64,000 nucleotides of DNA from an uncultured Stakelama sp. (GTDB taxonomy: Bacteria > Pseudomonadota > Alphaproteobacteria > Sphingomonadales > Sphingomonadaceae): positions 18,343 through 82,342 of the forward strand of contig CAZXBM010000008.1 of assembly GCA_964638495.1 (NCBI GenBank), given 5' to 3'. How positions within the stretch are numbered: position 1 is the stretch's first letter; the number at the start of each line of letters is the position of its first letter. A program made the position numbers and the translations under genes. Shown here piece by piece: positions 46,596 through 56,554 of the stretch. Below the pieces are notes generated by a model. It was not told the origin of the DNA, ran no database searches, and saw only the letters and a list, made by a program, of their open reading frames with translations.

Positions 46596-47833
46596 TAGAA
46601 ATCCACGACCATCACCGGATCGCCGCTCGCGCTCGGTAGCGCTCGGGGCGCGCGGCGGACTAAAAACTCTGCGGCGGCGATGCTTGCCTGGCCGGAAGCG
46701 AATTGCCGGTCGATGGCGCTAACGCACCCACCTTCCGCTTTGCCGCAAAGAAAGCTTTCGCGATCGCCGTTGGCGGGCAATGGCTCACCAAGCGGTAGAG
46801 GCCGCCAAGGCAATGCTGCGTTCGCAGCTCGACCGAGCAAGGCGCAAAGCAGCGGCACGAGGAACAATCTTGCGGTGACCAGTGCCGCCGTCGGATTGCC
46901 GGGAAGGCCCAGCACATGGAGGTCGCCAACGCGGCCATACCAGACCGGTTTGCCGGGCTTCATCGCGACCTTCGAGAAAAGCACTTGCAGCCCCAGCAAC
47001 TCCAGCGCGGGCTTGGAAAAGTCGCGGTCCCCGACCGAGGCACCGCCAGTTACGACGAGGATGTCGGCTTTCTCGATCGCTATGCGCGCCGCGTGCTCGA
47101 TTGACCCGATATCGTCGGGCACCATTGCCGATGCGACAACTTCCGCCCCCCAAATTGCCGAAAGCGCGGCGACGGCCAGAGAGACACTGTCGGGGACAGA
47201 AAATCCATCCGCTGCGACGCTGCCCGCTCGTCGCAGTTCGTCGCCGGTCGCGAGGATAAATATGCGGGGCTTTCGCCGAACTGCCACGCTCGCGACATCT
47301 GCGGCACCGGCGACCAGAACACCACGCGGATCGAGCGAACGTCCGGCCTGAAGCAAGATCGTGCCCGCCGTGAAATCAGACCCGACGGGTCGAATGTGGC
47401 TGGCGGCCTCGGCGCGTGTCGGAACAGCAATGTCGCTTTGGCGAGGCACTGCACATTCTTGCGGAACGACGCGGTCCGCCCCATCGGGCACGATGCTCCC
47501 CGTAAAGATCCGGACAGCTTCGCCTTGGCCGACCGACCCGTCAAACGGATTCCCTGGCGCTGCCTGTCCAATAACGTGCAACACCGCTGTACCGACACCG
47601 GCGGCGACGTCACGGATCGCATAGCCGTCCATTGCTGACAGCTTTCGCGCTGGCGAGGCGCGCGTAGCGACCAGGTTTTCGGCCAGAACGCGGTTCGCTG
47701 CTTGCGCTACATCGATCCTTTCGCTGCCCAAGGGCGCGAGTCCCTCGGTCATGTAACGAAGTGCAGTGTCAAACGAGAGCGCCGCGGCACAAGGCAGCAG
47801 GGATGGTGCTGCGGCAAAGGAAAGATCATCCAT
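46595..47833 (-). CDS. moeA: molybdopterin molybdotransferase
   Basis: 412 aa with the MoeA pattern (RKLSAMDGYA..., ILATGDELR, LVVTGGASVGDRD, GLPGNPTAALV). Confidence 0.85.
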   Translation of the reverse strand: MDDLSFAAAPSLLPCAAALSFDTALRYMTEGLAPLGSERIDVAQAANRVLAENLVATRASPARKLSAMDGYAIRDVAAGVGTAVLHVIGQAAPGNPFDGSVGQGEAVRIFTGSIVPDGADRVVPQECAVPRQSDIAVPTRAEAASHIRPVGSDFTAGTILLQAGRSLDPRGVLVAGAADVASVAVRRKPRIFILATGDELRRAGSVAADGFSVPDSVSLAVAALSAIWGAEVVASAMVPDDIGSIEHAARIAIEKADILVVTGGASVGDRDFSKPALELLGLQVLFSKVAMKPGKPVWYGRVGDLHVLGLPGNPTAALVTARLFLVPLLCALLGRAANAALPWRPLPLGEPLPANGDRESFLCGKAEGGCVSAIDRQFASGQASIAAAEFLVRRAPRALPSASGDPVMVVDF

Positions 47834-48608
47834 CGGTATCGGCCACGGCCTCGCGGCGGATAGCCTCCACCGTCGGCGGCACGCCCACCGCTTCGCCCAC
47901 CAGTATCAAGGTAGGGCCAGCACCGGGTGCCCGATTGATCGCCAGCGCAAGCAAATCGAGCCGGGCGTGAACCAGACATTCCTCGGGCAAGCTGACATCG
48001 GCGGCGATCAGGACGGGCGTGGCGGGGTCGAGCCCGTGTGCAATCAATTGACGCGAGATATCGGGGGCAGCGGCCCGCCCCATGTAAAATGCCACTGTCC
48101 CGGAAGGGTTGGCCAAATCCGCCCAGTCGAGCTCCAGCGGTGCGCCGGCGCGGACATGTGCGGTGACAAACCGCACGTGTCGCGCGGACCCGCGTAGCGT
48201 CAGCGACACGCCGGCACTGGCGGCCGCAGCACTCGCTGCGGTGATGCCGGGGCAGATACGGACGCGAAAGCCGTGCGCGGTAAGCGCTTCGATCTCCTCG
48301 GTCGCGCGGCCGAAGATCGACGGATCGCCGCCTTTCAACCGCACCACCCGCTCCCCGGCGCGCGCCGCCGCGACCAGCAGTGCGTCGATCGCCGGCTGCG
48401 TCTTGGAATGCCGCCCCGAACGCTTGCCGACCGGGACGCGCCGGACGTGCGGCGGGATGAGGTCGAGCACCCCCGGCCCGACCAGCGCGTCGTAAAAGAC
48501 GATGCTCGCCGCACCGATCAGCCGCTCGGCCTTGCGCGTCAGCAGGTCGGGGTCGCCGGGACCGGCGCCGACCAGCCAGACCTCGCCGGGTGCGATGAGC
48601 TCAGACAT
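47826..48608 (-). CDS. cobA: uroporphyrinogen-III C-methyltransferase (siroheme branch)
   Basis: Internal ATG at 48608 gives MSELIAPGEVWLVGAGPGDPDLLTRKA...VVRLKGGDPSIFGR...PGITAA, 260 aa. The longer track ORF start (48857) lies inside nasA. ATG and the nasA stop overlap by 8 nt. Confidence 0.85.
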   Translation of the reverse strand: MSELIAPGEVWLVGAGPGDPDLLTRKAERLIGAASIVFYDALVGPGVLDLIPPHVRRVPVGKRSGRHSKTQPAIDALLVAAARAGERVVRLKGGDPSIFGRATEEIEALTAHGFRVRICPGITAASAAAASAGVSLTLRGSARHVRFVTAHVRAGAPLELDWADLANPSGTVAFYMGRAAAPDISRQLIAHGLDPATPVLIAADVSLPEECLVHARLDLLALAINRAPGAGPTLILVGEAVGVPPTVEAIRREAVADTDG

Positions 48609-51183
48609 GGACACTCTCCTGGAGGGGCAGCAATTTGGCGATGGCAGGACGGCACGACCCGCAATTGGTGCCGGCATTGAGCGCGGCGCCGACCGCCTCG
48701 ATGCTGACCAGCCGCTGGCCGGTGATCGCGGCGAGCAACGTGTTGAGCCCGACGTCGAAGCAAACGCAGACGATCGGCCCGCGATCGGGCGCCGGCGTGG
48801 CGGCGCGGCCGGCGAGCACTTCGAACGAGGACGCGTCGGGTACCCCGAGTTGGTCAAGCAGCCAGTCGCGCGGCGGCAGGCCGCCGCCCCGCGACACGAA
48901 CAGCGCGGCCTGCAGCTGGCCGTCCGAAACCACCGCCGCGCGCACCACGCCGCGCCGCGCGTCGATCATCTCGGCGCGCTCCCCGGCTGGCAACAGCGCG
49001 GTGAGCGCGGCGGGATTGCCCTCCCCCGCGAGTTCGATCAGCCAGCCGTGAGCAGTGCGGATCCGTGTCCAGTAGGTGCAATCGGTCGCGCTCGGCCGCT
49101 CGCGCGACACGACGAAGCCGGTCCATTCAGGCTTGTACGATCCGGCGCGCGCGGGAGTGTTCTTGAAGCCGGGCTGGCCCGAGACGAGGTCGCGATCCTT
49201 GCCGGGGAGCAGTCCGGTGCGGCCACCGGCGCTGGTCTGGTCGGTCCAGTGGATCGGCACGAACAGCTCGCGGCGACGCTGGTCGGGGGTGATCGCGACA
49301 CGGAAAATGCTCGCGCCGTTGGGCGTCTCGACCCGGGCGAGGCCGCCGTCGGACAGGCCGACCCGCTGTGCGGTGTCGGGATGGACCTCGACCAACGGTT
49401 CGCGGCGGTGCTGCGAGAGTTTGGGCGACAGGCCGGTCCGCGTCATCGTATGCCACTGGTCGCGGTAGCGGCCGGTGTTGAGGCGTAACGGATAGGCGCG
49501 GCTGGCATCGTCGCGCGGGTTGTGGACCACGGGCACGAGCCGCGCCTTGCCGTCGGGGGTCGGGAAAGCGCGCCCGGCGAAAGGCGAGGCGCCGCCCCAT
49601 TGGAACGGTGCCATGCCGGCATAGTCAGCGTCGGAGATCGCAGCCTGGCCGGAAATGTCGAGCAGCCGCGCGCCATCATTCTCGAACCCGGTCTGCGCGG
49701 CGAATTCGCGGAAGACGCTCGCGGCGGTCGGAAAATCGAAGCCGGCAAAGCCCATCCGCCGTGCAACCTCGGCGATCTGCCACCAGTCGGCGCGCGCTTG
49801 GCCCGGAGGCGCGAGAAAGGCGCGCTGGCGCGACACGCGGCGTTCGGAATTGGTAACCGTACCGTCCTTCTCGCCCCAGCCGAGCGCGGGCAGCTTCACC
49901 TGCGCAAAGCGCAGCGTATCGGTCTCGGCGATGCAGTCCGACACGACGACGAACGGGCAGTTGGCGAGCGCGACGCGCGCCATCCGCGCATCGGGCATCG
50001 AGACGGCGGGGTTGGTCGCCATGATCCACACCGCCTTGATCTTGCCCTTGGCCATCGCATCGAACATGTCGACCGCCTTCAGTCCGGGGCCGGGGCAGAT
50101 CGTCGGCGACTGCCAGAAGCGTTGCGTGCGGTCGCGCTCGGCATCCGAGAACCCCATATGCGCGGCGAGCGTCGAGGCGAGCCCGCCGACTTCGCGACCG
50201 CCCATCGCATTGGGCTGGCCGGTGATGCTGAACGGCCCCGCGCCGGGTTTCCCGATGCGACCGGTGGCGAGATGAAGGTTGATGATCGCGTTCGCCTTGT
50301 CGGTCCCGCTGGTCGACTGGTTCACGCCCTGGCTGAACAGCGTGATCGTGCGCGGGTGATCCACGAACAGATCGTAGAACGCCTGCAGGTCGGCGGGGGT
50401 GATGTCGCAGACTCGCGCGACATCCGGCTTCGGCAGCGACTTCCAGAAGCCGTCGGGAACGTGCACGCGCTCCGCCAGCGCCTTGCCGTCGAGCCGCCAA
50501 CTCGATCGCATGTGCGCGAGCAAGCCGGTGAACAGCGCGACGTCGCTGTCTGGCGCGATCGCAAGATGCAGGTCGGCGCGTTCGGCGGTCTCGGTGCGGC
50601 GCGGGTCGATCACCACGAGTTTGGTACCGCGCGCCGACCGCGCCGCCTCGATCCGCTGCCAGATCACCGGATGGCACCAGGCGGTGTTCGATCCGACCAG
50701 CACGATCAGGTCGGCGGCATCGAGGTCGTCATAGCTGCACGGCACGACATCCTCGCCGAACGCGCGGACATGCGCCGCCACCGCGCTCGCCATGCACAGG
50801 CGCGAATTGGTATCGATATTGGCAGTGCCGACGAAGCCCTTCATCAGCTTGTTGGCGACGTAATAGTCCTCGGTCAGCATCTGCCCCGAGGCGTAGAAGG
50901 CGACGCTGTCGGGGCCATATTCGGCGATCGTCGCGTTGAAGCGCTGTGCGACATGGTCGAGCGCATCGTCCCAGCTGGCCTGGCGGGTGCCGATGATAGG
51001 GTGGAGCAGGCGACCTTCGAGGCCGATCGTCTCGCCGAGATGCGTGCCTTTGGAGCACAGCTTGCCGAAATTCGCCGGATGGTCCGGGTCGCCCGCGATC
51101 GTCGCCGTGCGCGCGCCGGTCGGCGTGGCGAGCACGCCGCAGCCGACGCCGCAATAGGCGCAGGTGGTCTTAACCGTGGTCAA
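48601..51183 (-). CDS. nasA: assimilatory nitrate reductase catalytic subunit (molybdopterin, N-terminal 4Fe-4S, C-terminal BFD-like 2Fe-2S)
   Basis: Probable TTG start at 51183 overlapping the nirD TGA gives (M)TTVKTTCAYCGVGCGV, the Cys-x2-Cys-x3-Cys cluster. The C-terminus VCVCFDVG...GTNCGSCRP is BFD-like. The track ORF upstream extension to 51507 overlaps nirD and is rejected. Confidence 0.9.
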   Translation of the reverse strand: MTTVKTTCAYCGVGCGVLATPTGARTATIAGDPDHPANFGKLCSKGTHLGETIGLEGRLLHPIIGTRQASWDDALDHVAQRFNATIAEYGPDSVAFYASGQMLTEDYYVANKLMKGFVGTANIDTNSRLCMASAVAAHVRAFGEDVVPCSYDDLDAADLIVLVGSNTAWCHPVIWQRIEAARSARGTKLVVIDPRRTETAERADLHLAIAPDSDVALFTGLLAHMRSSWRLDGKALAERVHVPDGFWKSLPKPDVARVCDITPADLQAFYDLFVDHPRTITLFSQGVNQSTSGTDKANAIINLHLATGRIGKPGAGPFSITGQPNAMGGREVGGLASTLAAHMGFSDAERDRTQRFWQSPTICPGPGLKAVDMFDAMAKGKIKAVWIMATNPAVSMPDARMARVALANCPFVVVSDCIAETDTLRFAQVKLPALGWGEKDGTVTNSERRVSRQRAFLAPPGQARADWWQIAEVARRMGFAGFDFPTAASVFREFAAQTGFENDGARLLDISGQAAISDADYAGMAPFQWGGASPFAGRAFPTPDGKARLVPVVHNPRDDASRAYPLRLNTGRYRDQWHTMTRTGLSPKLSQHRREPLVEVHPDTAQRVGLSDGGLARVETPNGASIFRVAITPDQRRRELFVPIHWTDQTSAGGRTGLLPGKDRDLVSGQPGFKNTPARAGSYKPEWTGFVVSRERPSATDCTYWTRIRTAHGWLIELAGEGNPAALTALLPAGERAEMIDARRGVVRAAVVSDGQLQAALFVSRGGGLPPRDWLLDQLGVPDASSFEVLAGRAATPAPDRGPIVCVCFDVGLNTLLAAITGQRLVSIEAVGAALNAGTNCGSCRPAIAKLLPLQESVHV

Positions 51184-51524
51184 GCCACGCCTTCCAGCGC
51201 CGCCGCGCGGCCGATCAGGATGCGGCCGCCGTCGATCTTGACCGGGATCACCGGCACGCACCCCTTGTCCTCGCCAAGCGCCTCGCCCGTCACCAGCGAG
51301 ATCCGCCAATTGTGCAGCGGGCAGGTCACCGTGGTGTCGTGGACGATTCCCTGGCTGAGCGGCCCCTGCTTGTGCGGGCATTGGTTGGCGAGCGCGTAGA
51401 CCTCGCCATTGGCGGTGTGGAAGATCGCGATCTCGCGGCCGCCGCGGACCGGCAGCGTCCGCGCACCGAGCGCGGGAAGCTGATCGACCGGACCGATGTC
51501 CAGCCATTCGCCGACCGCGCTCAT
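51180..51524 (-). CDS. nirD: nitrite reductase small subunit (Rieske-like)
   Basis: Internal ATG of track ORF 51180..52067 gives MSAVGEWLDIGPVDQLP...CPHKQGPLSQGIV...VTCPLHNW, 114 aa. ATGA overlap with the nirB stop. Confidence 0.9.
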   Translation of the reverse strand: MSAVGEWLDIGPVDQLPALGARTLPVRGGREIAIFHTANGEVYALANQCPHKQGPLSQGIVHDTTVTCPLHNWRISLVTGEALGEDKGCVPVIPVKIDGGRILIGRAAALEGVA

Positions 51525-53989
51525 GCCGCTACCAGCGAAGGCGTCGCGAGCGGGCGGATTTCGGCGAGATGCTGGTGAAGTTTGTAATCCTCCCCCGCCG
51601 CGCGCTTCGCCCACGGGTCGTCCTGCATGAAGCGCTGCGAGAAATGGAAGCGCGCAGTCAGCGCCACGCGGCCTTCGACATCCTCGACGATCCGCGCCTT
51701 GATATAGTCGAGCCCGACGCGCTCGACCCACGGCGCGGTGCGATCGAGATAGCGTGCTTCCTCGCGGTATAGCTGGATGAACGCCGCGCAGTGATCGAGC
51801 GCCTCCTGCTCGGTCGCGACCTTGCACAGGAAATCGGTGCCGCGCAGCTTGATCCCGCCATTGCCGCCGATCGACAGCTCGTAGCCGCTGTCGACGCAGA
51901 TCACGCCGAAATCCTTGATCGTCGCCTCGGCGCAATTGCGTGGACAGCCCGACACCGCGATCTTGAACTTGTGCGGCATGAAGCTGCCCCAGGTCATCTG
52001 TTCGGTCTTGATGCCGAGCCCGGTCGAATCCTGTGTGCCGAAGCGGCACCATTCGGAACCGACGCACGTCTTCACGGTGCGCAGCGCCTTGGCATAGGCA
52101 TGGCCGCTGACCATGCCCGCGGCGTTAAGATCGGCCCACACCGCGGGCAGATCCTCCTTCTTGATCCCGAAGATGTCGAGCCGCTGGCCGCCGGTCACCT
52201 TGACCATTCGCGCTTCATATTTCTCGGCAACATCGGCGATCGCGCGCAATTCCTTCGGGTTGGTGACGCCACCCCACATCCGCGGGACGACCGAATAGGT
52301 ACCGTCCTTCTGGATGTTGGCATGCATCCGCTCGTTGACGAAGCGCGACTGGTTGTCGTCGATGAACTCGCCCGGCCATGCGCACAGCAGATAGTAATTG
52401 AGCGCGGGGCGGCACGACGAGCAGCCATCGGGCGTCGTCCAGTGCAGCGCCTGCATCACCTGCGGGATCGCCTTGAGCTGCTTCTCGAGGATCAGACGGC
52501 GGACGTCCTCATGCGTGAAGCTGGTGCATTTGCAAACGGTCGGCGCAGTGCGCTCGCCGTCGAACGCGTCGCCCAGCGTGATCGCGAGCAGCCCCTCGAC
52601 CAGCGGCGTGCACGACCCGCACGAGGCCGAGGCCTTGGTGCAGGCGCGCACCGCATCGAGTGTGCACGCGCCCCCCGCGATCGCGCCGACCACCCTGCCT
52701 TTGCTGACGCCGTTGCAGCCGCAGATCTCGGCGTCGTCCGCCAAAGCCGCGACTGCCGCATTAGGGTTTGCCGATGCCGCTCCTCCGCTGGCGAACGCCT
52801 GGCCGAAGATCAAGGCATCGCGGATCTCGGCGACATCCTGCTGCTTTTTGAGCAGGTCGAAATACCAGTTGCCGTCCTGCGTATCGCCATAGAGCACCGC
52901 GCCGATGACGCGATCGTCCTTCACCACGACGCGCTTGTAGATGCCGCGCGAAGCATCGCGCATGACGATGTCCTCGCAGCCCTCGCCACCCGAGAAATCG
53001 CCCGCGGAGAAGACGTCGATCCCCGAGACCTTCAATTTGGTCGAGGTGACCGAGCCGGTATAGCCCGACGGCGTCGCGACGAGGCCGTCGGCGAGGCTGC
53101 GGCACATGTCCCACAAGGGCGCGACCAGGCCGTAAACCAGGCCATTATGCTCGACGCACTCGCCGACCGCGAGGATGTTGGCGTCCGAGGTGACGAGATG
53201 ATCGTCGACATGGATCCCGCGCCCGATCGCCAAGCCAGCAGCGCGCGCGAGCTTGACGTTGGGGCGGATGCCGACCGCCATCACCACCAGCGACGCGGGG
53301 ATGTCGCGCCCGTCCTTAAGGCGCACGCCCTCGACCTTGCCCTGGCCGTGGATTTCGGCGGTGTCGGCACCGGTCAGGATCGTCTGGCCGCGCGCCTCGA
53401 GCGCTGCCTTCAACAGCCAGCCCGCCGCTTCGTCGAGCTGACGCTCCATCAGCGTCGGCATGATGTGGAGCACGGTGACCTTCATCCCCCGCAGCGACAG
53501 CCCATGCGCCGCCTCGAGCCCGAGCAGCCCGCCGCCGATCACCACCGCGTCTCCGCCCGCGTCCGCCGCGCGCAGCATCGCGCCGACATCGTCCATGTCG
53601 CGGAAGGTGACGACGCCCTGCATATCATGCCCCGGCACCGGGATGATGAACGGGTCCGACCCCGTCGCGAGGATGAGCTTGTCATAGCTTTCGACCCGGC
53701 CCGACCGCGCGGTGACCGTCTGGATCCTGCGGTCGATCGCAACGACGGGGTCGCTCGCCACCAGCTCGATCGCATTGTCGGCGTACCAGGCGAGATCATT
53801 GATCACGATGTCATCGAACACCTTGTCGCCGGCGAGCAGCGGCGAGAGCATGATGCGGTTGTAGTTCACATGCGGCTCGGCGCCGAAAATCGTGATGCGA
53901 TAACGGTCCGCATCGCGCGCGAGGATTTCCTCGACCGCGCGGCAGCCCGCCATGCCGTTGCCTATGACGATGAGATGCGGTTTGGTCAT
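51521..53989 (-). CDS. nirB: NAD(P)H-dependent assimilatory nitrite reductase large subunit
   Basis: Start at MTKPHLIVIGNGMAG (ATG 53989, ATGA overlap with the porin stop). Has FAD/NAD Rossmann motifs, a BFD-like Cys cluster and the siroheme/4Fe-4S region (SGCPRNCAEA). Confidence 0.95.
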   Translation of the reverse strand: MTKPHLIVIGNGMAGCRAVEEILARDADRYRITIFGAEPHVNYNRIMLSPLLAGDKVFDDIVINDLAWYADNAIELVASDPVVAIDRRIQTVTARSGRVESYDKLILATGSDPFIIPVPGHDMQGVVTFRDMDDVGAMLRAADAGGDAVVIGGGLLGLEAAHGLSLRGMKVTVLHIMPTLMERQLDEAAGWLLKAALEARGQTILTGADTAEIHGQGKVEGVRLKDGRDIPASLVVMAVGIRPNVKLARAAGLAIGRGIHVDDHLVTSDANILAVGECVEHNGLVYGLVAPLWDMCRSLADGLVATPSGYTGSVTSTKLKVSGIDVFSAGDFSGGEGCEDIVMRDASRGIYKRVVVKDDRVIGAVLYGDTQDGNWYFDLLKKQQDVAEIRDALIFGQAFASGGAASANPNAAVAALADDAEICGCNGVSKGRVVGAIAGGACTLDAVRACTKASASCGSCTPLVEGLLAITLGDAFDGERTAPTVCKCTSFTHEDVRRLILEKQLKAIPQVMQALHWTTPDGCSSCRPALNYYLLCAWPGEFIDDNQSRFVNERMHANIQKDGTYSVVPRMWGGVTNPKELRAIADVAEKYEARMVKVTGGQRLDIFGIKKEDLPAVWADLNAAGMVSGHAYAKALRTVKTCVGSEWCRFGTQDSTGLGIKTEQMTWGSFMPHKFKIAVSGCPRNCAEATIKDFGVICVDSGYELSIGGNGGIKLRGTDFLCKVATEQEALDHCAAFIQLYREEARYLDRTAPWVERVGLDYIKARIVEDVEGRVALTARFHFSQRFMQDDPWAKRAAGEDYKLHQHLAEIRPLATPSLVAA

Positions 53990-55203
53990 GAGAAGGCCCA
54001 ATCCAGCGAGAGCCAGAGTTTCTTGATGTCGGTCGCGAAGCGGTCGGCGCGATAGTCGGCATATCTGAGAAGCGCGGTGTATTTGCCCTTCTTGACGCTG
54101 AGCTGGGCGTCGATCTCGTTGCCATAATGCTGGCCGAGCCGGTCGCTGTCGAAGCGATGGTAGCTCGCGATCAGGCCGATCGCGTCGAACCCGGCGATCT
54201 TCTTCCAGCCATAACCGACCGATCCATATGCGTCGCGCAGGCCATTGGGCGGGGTGACGAGAAACTTGTCCGCCCAGCCGTTGAACTTATGAAGCGTGGC
54301 GAGCGGGGTCTGGAAGCTAGTGACCGCGACACCCTGGTCCGCGCCGAGCACCTCATACCCGCCGGTCAGCGACAGCGCCCTGACGGCAAGGCCGAGCTCG
54401 CCGGCATAATATTCCGCGTGATAGCGGTTGGGGTTGCGGTGATAGTCGCTCTGCGACGCGAAGCTCGCGAGATAGGTCAGCTTGACCGTCTTGCTCAGCG
54501 GAAAGGCGCCCACGAAACGCCCGCCATAGCTCTGACTCGAATTGACGAACACCTGCCGCTGGTCCTGGTCGACCAGATAGGCAAAGCCCGTCAGCGTGCC
54601 GAGGCTGGTCTTGTACGCCAGATTGGCAAGGACGTTGTCGCCGCCGATTTCCGCAAGCTTTGCAGGACCGAAGCGGTTGCCGCCGTCGATCCCCCAGATC
54701 GTGCGGACGTTGTTCGCATAGGTCACATCGGCCTTGAGGTTCTTGATCGCCGCCCATTCGACGCGCACCGCATCGAAGGTCTGCTCATTGTTGCGCCATG
54801 CGACCGCGCCGACGAAGCGCTGGTCGTCGAGGTTGATCGCTTGCCGCCCGGCGGTGACGACGGTCTGCTTGAACCCGCGATATTGCAGCTGCAGCCGGTT
54901 TAGCTCGACATTCTGCGGATCGGGGACGATCGGAAAGGCGGTCTTGCCGTTGAGCCCGCTATTATACGCCGGGTTGATCGCCAGCGTCGCTTCGGATTCG
55001 GCGAGAAAGCTGAAATCGTTCAGTGTCGCCTCGAACCCGCTGCGAATCCTGAGCGTGACTGCGCCGGCATCCTTGGCGAGCGGAGCCTGCTCGACATGTT
55101 CGTAGCGCAGCCGGGCATCGATCAGCGGGGTGAGTTTGAGCGGGTCGGCAAGGGCCGGTGTCGCCACCAGCCCTCCCAGTGCGAGCAGCGAAAGCGCGCG
55201 CAT
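53986..55203 (-). CDS. alginate-export (AlgE-like) family outer-membrane beta-barrel, putative anion porin
   Basis: Internal ATG at 55203 of track ORF 53986..55917 gives MRALSLLALGGLVATPALA (signal), then alternating beta-strand pattern, ARLRYEHVE and a terminal ...LWLSLDWAFS. 405 aa. 1-nt overlap (TGATG) with the narK stop. Confidence 0.7.
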   Translation of the reverse strand: MRALSLLALGGLVATPALADPLKLTPLIDARLRYEHVEQAPLAKDAGAVTLRIRSGFEATLNDFSFLAESEATLAINPAYNSGLNGKTAFPIVPDPQNVELNRLQLQYRGFKQTVVTAGRQAINLDDQRFVGAVAWRNNEQTFDAVRVEWAAIKNLKADVTYANNVRTIWGIDGGNRFGPAKLAEIGGDNVLANLAYKTSLGTLTGFAYLVDQDQRQVFVNSSQSYGGRFVGAFPLSKTVKLTYLASFASQSDYHRNPNRYHAEYYAGELGLAVRALSLTGGYEVLGADQGVAVTSFQTPLATLHKFNGWADKFLVTPPNGLRDAYGSVGYGWKKIAGFDAIGLIASYHRFDSDRLGQHYGNEIDAQLSVKKGKYTALLRYADYRADRFATDIKKLWLSLDWAFS

Positions 55204-56486
55204 CAGATCCGCGCTCCGCTCGCGGCGGTCCAGCTGCCACGCCACTGGCGCTTGACCTTCAGGATCCCGAGCAGGGCGACGACCGCTAGTCCGGCGAAGA
55301 TCAGGAAGCCGGAGGACGTGCTGCCGGTCCACTGCTTGGCGAACCCGAGCGACGAGGCGAGGTAGAAGCCCCCCACGCCGCCGCCGAACCCGACCAGCCC
55401 GGTCATCACGCCGATCTCCGCGCGGAAGCGCTGCGGCACGAGCTGGAACACCGCGCCGTTGCCGAAGCCGAGCGTCGCCATCACCAGCAGGAACAAGCCG
55501 AGCGACAGCACTAGCGAGGTCGGCGCGGTGCTGATCGCGACGAGCATAAGCGCCGCCAGCAGATAGACCGCGGTCAGCGTGCTGATCCCGCCGATCTTGT
55601 CCGCTACCGCGCCGCCGATCGGCCGAACCAGCGATCCGGTGAAGACGCACGCCGCGGTGCAATAGCCCGCCATCACCGGGGTCAGTGCGAACCGGTCGGT
55701 GAAATAGACCGGCAGGCTGGCGGCGAGACCGACGAAGCCGCCAAAGGTGACCCCGTAAAACAGCATGAACCACCAGGTGTCGGCTTCCTTGAGCACCGAC
55801 AGATAGGCGGCAAACGGCTTGGGCGCAGGCTGGCTGGGCGCGTCCTTCGCCATCACCATGTAGAGCACGAACACAATCGCTAGCGGAATGACCGAGAGAC
55901 CCAACACCGCGTTCCACCCGAACGCCTTAGCGAGCAGCGGCGCGAACAGCGAGGCAAGCACGGTGCCCGAATTGCCCATCCCAGCAATCCCCATCGCCTT
56001 GCCCTGATGCTCGGCGGGATACCAGCGCGAGGCCAGCGGCAGCGCGACCGCGAAGCTTGCACCCGCAAAGCCGAGCACGACGCCGAGCGCGAGCGTACCC
56101 TCAAAGCTGTGGACCCCGAACAGCCAGGCGATCGTCAGGCCGGCGATGACGATGATCTGGCCGATCGCGCCGGTCGTCTTCGGCCCGATCTTGTCGACCA
56201 GCACGCCGTTGACCAGTCGCAGGATCGCGCCAGCGAGCGTCGGCACCGCAACCATCAGCCCTTTTTCAGCGGGCGAAAGCACCAGTTCCTTGGCGATGAT
56301 CGGAGCGAGCGGCCCAAGCAGCACCCACACCATGAAAGCGAGATCGAAATAGAGGAAGGCGGCGATCAGCGTCGGGCGATGCCCGCTCTGCCAGAAGCCG
56401 GTCGCGCCCGGTCCGCTCGGCTTAGCTTTGGGTCGCGTGCTGGTACCCACCAGCCCCGCGTCAAACTCGCTCTGCAACTGCGTCAT
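55203..56486 (-). CDS. narK: nitrate/nitrite MFS transporter (NNP family)
   Basis: ATG at 56486 gives MTQLQSEF..., 427 aa, 12 TM. NNP-type Gly-rich signatures are present (GAGNSGT-like MGNSGTVLA; FGFGNGAVFQLVPQRF). Confidence 0.9.
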   Translation of the reverse strand: MTQLQSEFDAGLVGTSTRPKAKPSGPGATGFWQSGHRPTLIAAFLYFDLAFMVWVLLGPLAPIIAKELVLSPAEKGLMVAVPTLAGAILRLVNGVLVDKIGPKTTGAIGQIIVIAGLTIAWLFGVHSFEGTLALGVVLGFAGASFAVALPLASRWYPAEHQGKAMGIAGMGNSGTVLASLFAPLLAKAFGWNAVLGLSVIPLAIVFVLYMVMAKDAPSQPAPKPFAAYLSVLKEADTWWFMLFYGVTFGGFVGLAASLPVYFTDRFALTPVMAGYCTAACVFTGSLVRPIGGAVADKIGGISTLTAVYLLAALMLVAISTAPTSLVLSLGLFLLVMATLGFGNGAVFQLVPQRFRAEIGVMTGLVGFGGGVGGFYLASSLGFAKQWTGSTSSGFLIFAGLAVVALLGILKVKRQWRGSWTAASGARI

Positions 56487-56512
56487 CGTCCCGATCCCCC
56501 TCGAGCAAACGC

Positions 56513-56554
56513 AAAAAAGCCGCCGCGGCGCTCGATCATGCGAGACGCGACGGC
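56513..56554 (-). terminator. intrinsic terminator inside the narK leader
   Basis: The minus-strand RNA reads GCCGUCGCG-U-CUCG-cauGAU-CGAG-cgc-CGCGGCGGC followed by UUUUUU. That is a 9-bp outer stem (one G-U) plus a 4-bp inner stem and a U6 tract ending 26 nt before the narK ATG. Confidence 0.7.

Noticed and set aside
49522-51399. 625-aa plus-strand ORF, with several 100-330 aa ORFs in the same region
   Set aside because: These are antisense or out of frame relative to nasA. The composition is low-complexity Arg/Gly/Ala, with no start-site or motif support.
48601-51507. N-terminal extensions of track ORFs: nasA to 51507, cobA to 48857, the porin frame to 55917, narK to 56651 and the relaxase to 60920
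   Set aside because: Each extension overlaps the well-supported upstream gene and is Arg/Pro-rich. Internal starts give canonical N-termini and short translational-coupling overlaps.
51791-54055. 754-aa ORF on the plus strand
   Set aside because: It lies entirely antisense to nirB, whose motifs are unambiguous. The translation is Arg/Asp/Ala-rich with no recognisable domain, the typical shadow ORF of high-GC DNA.
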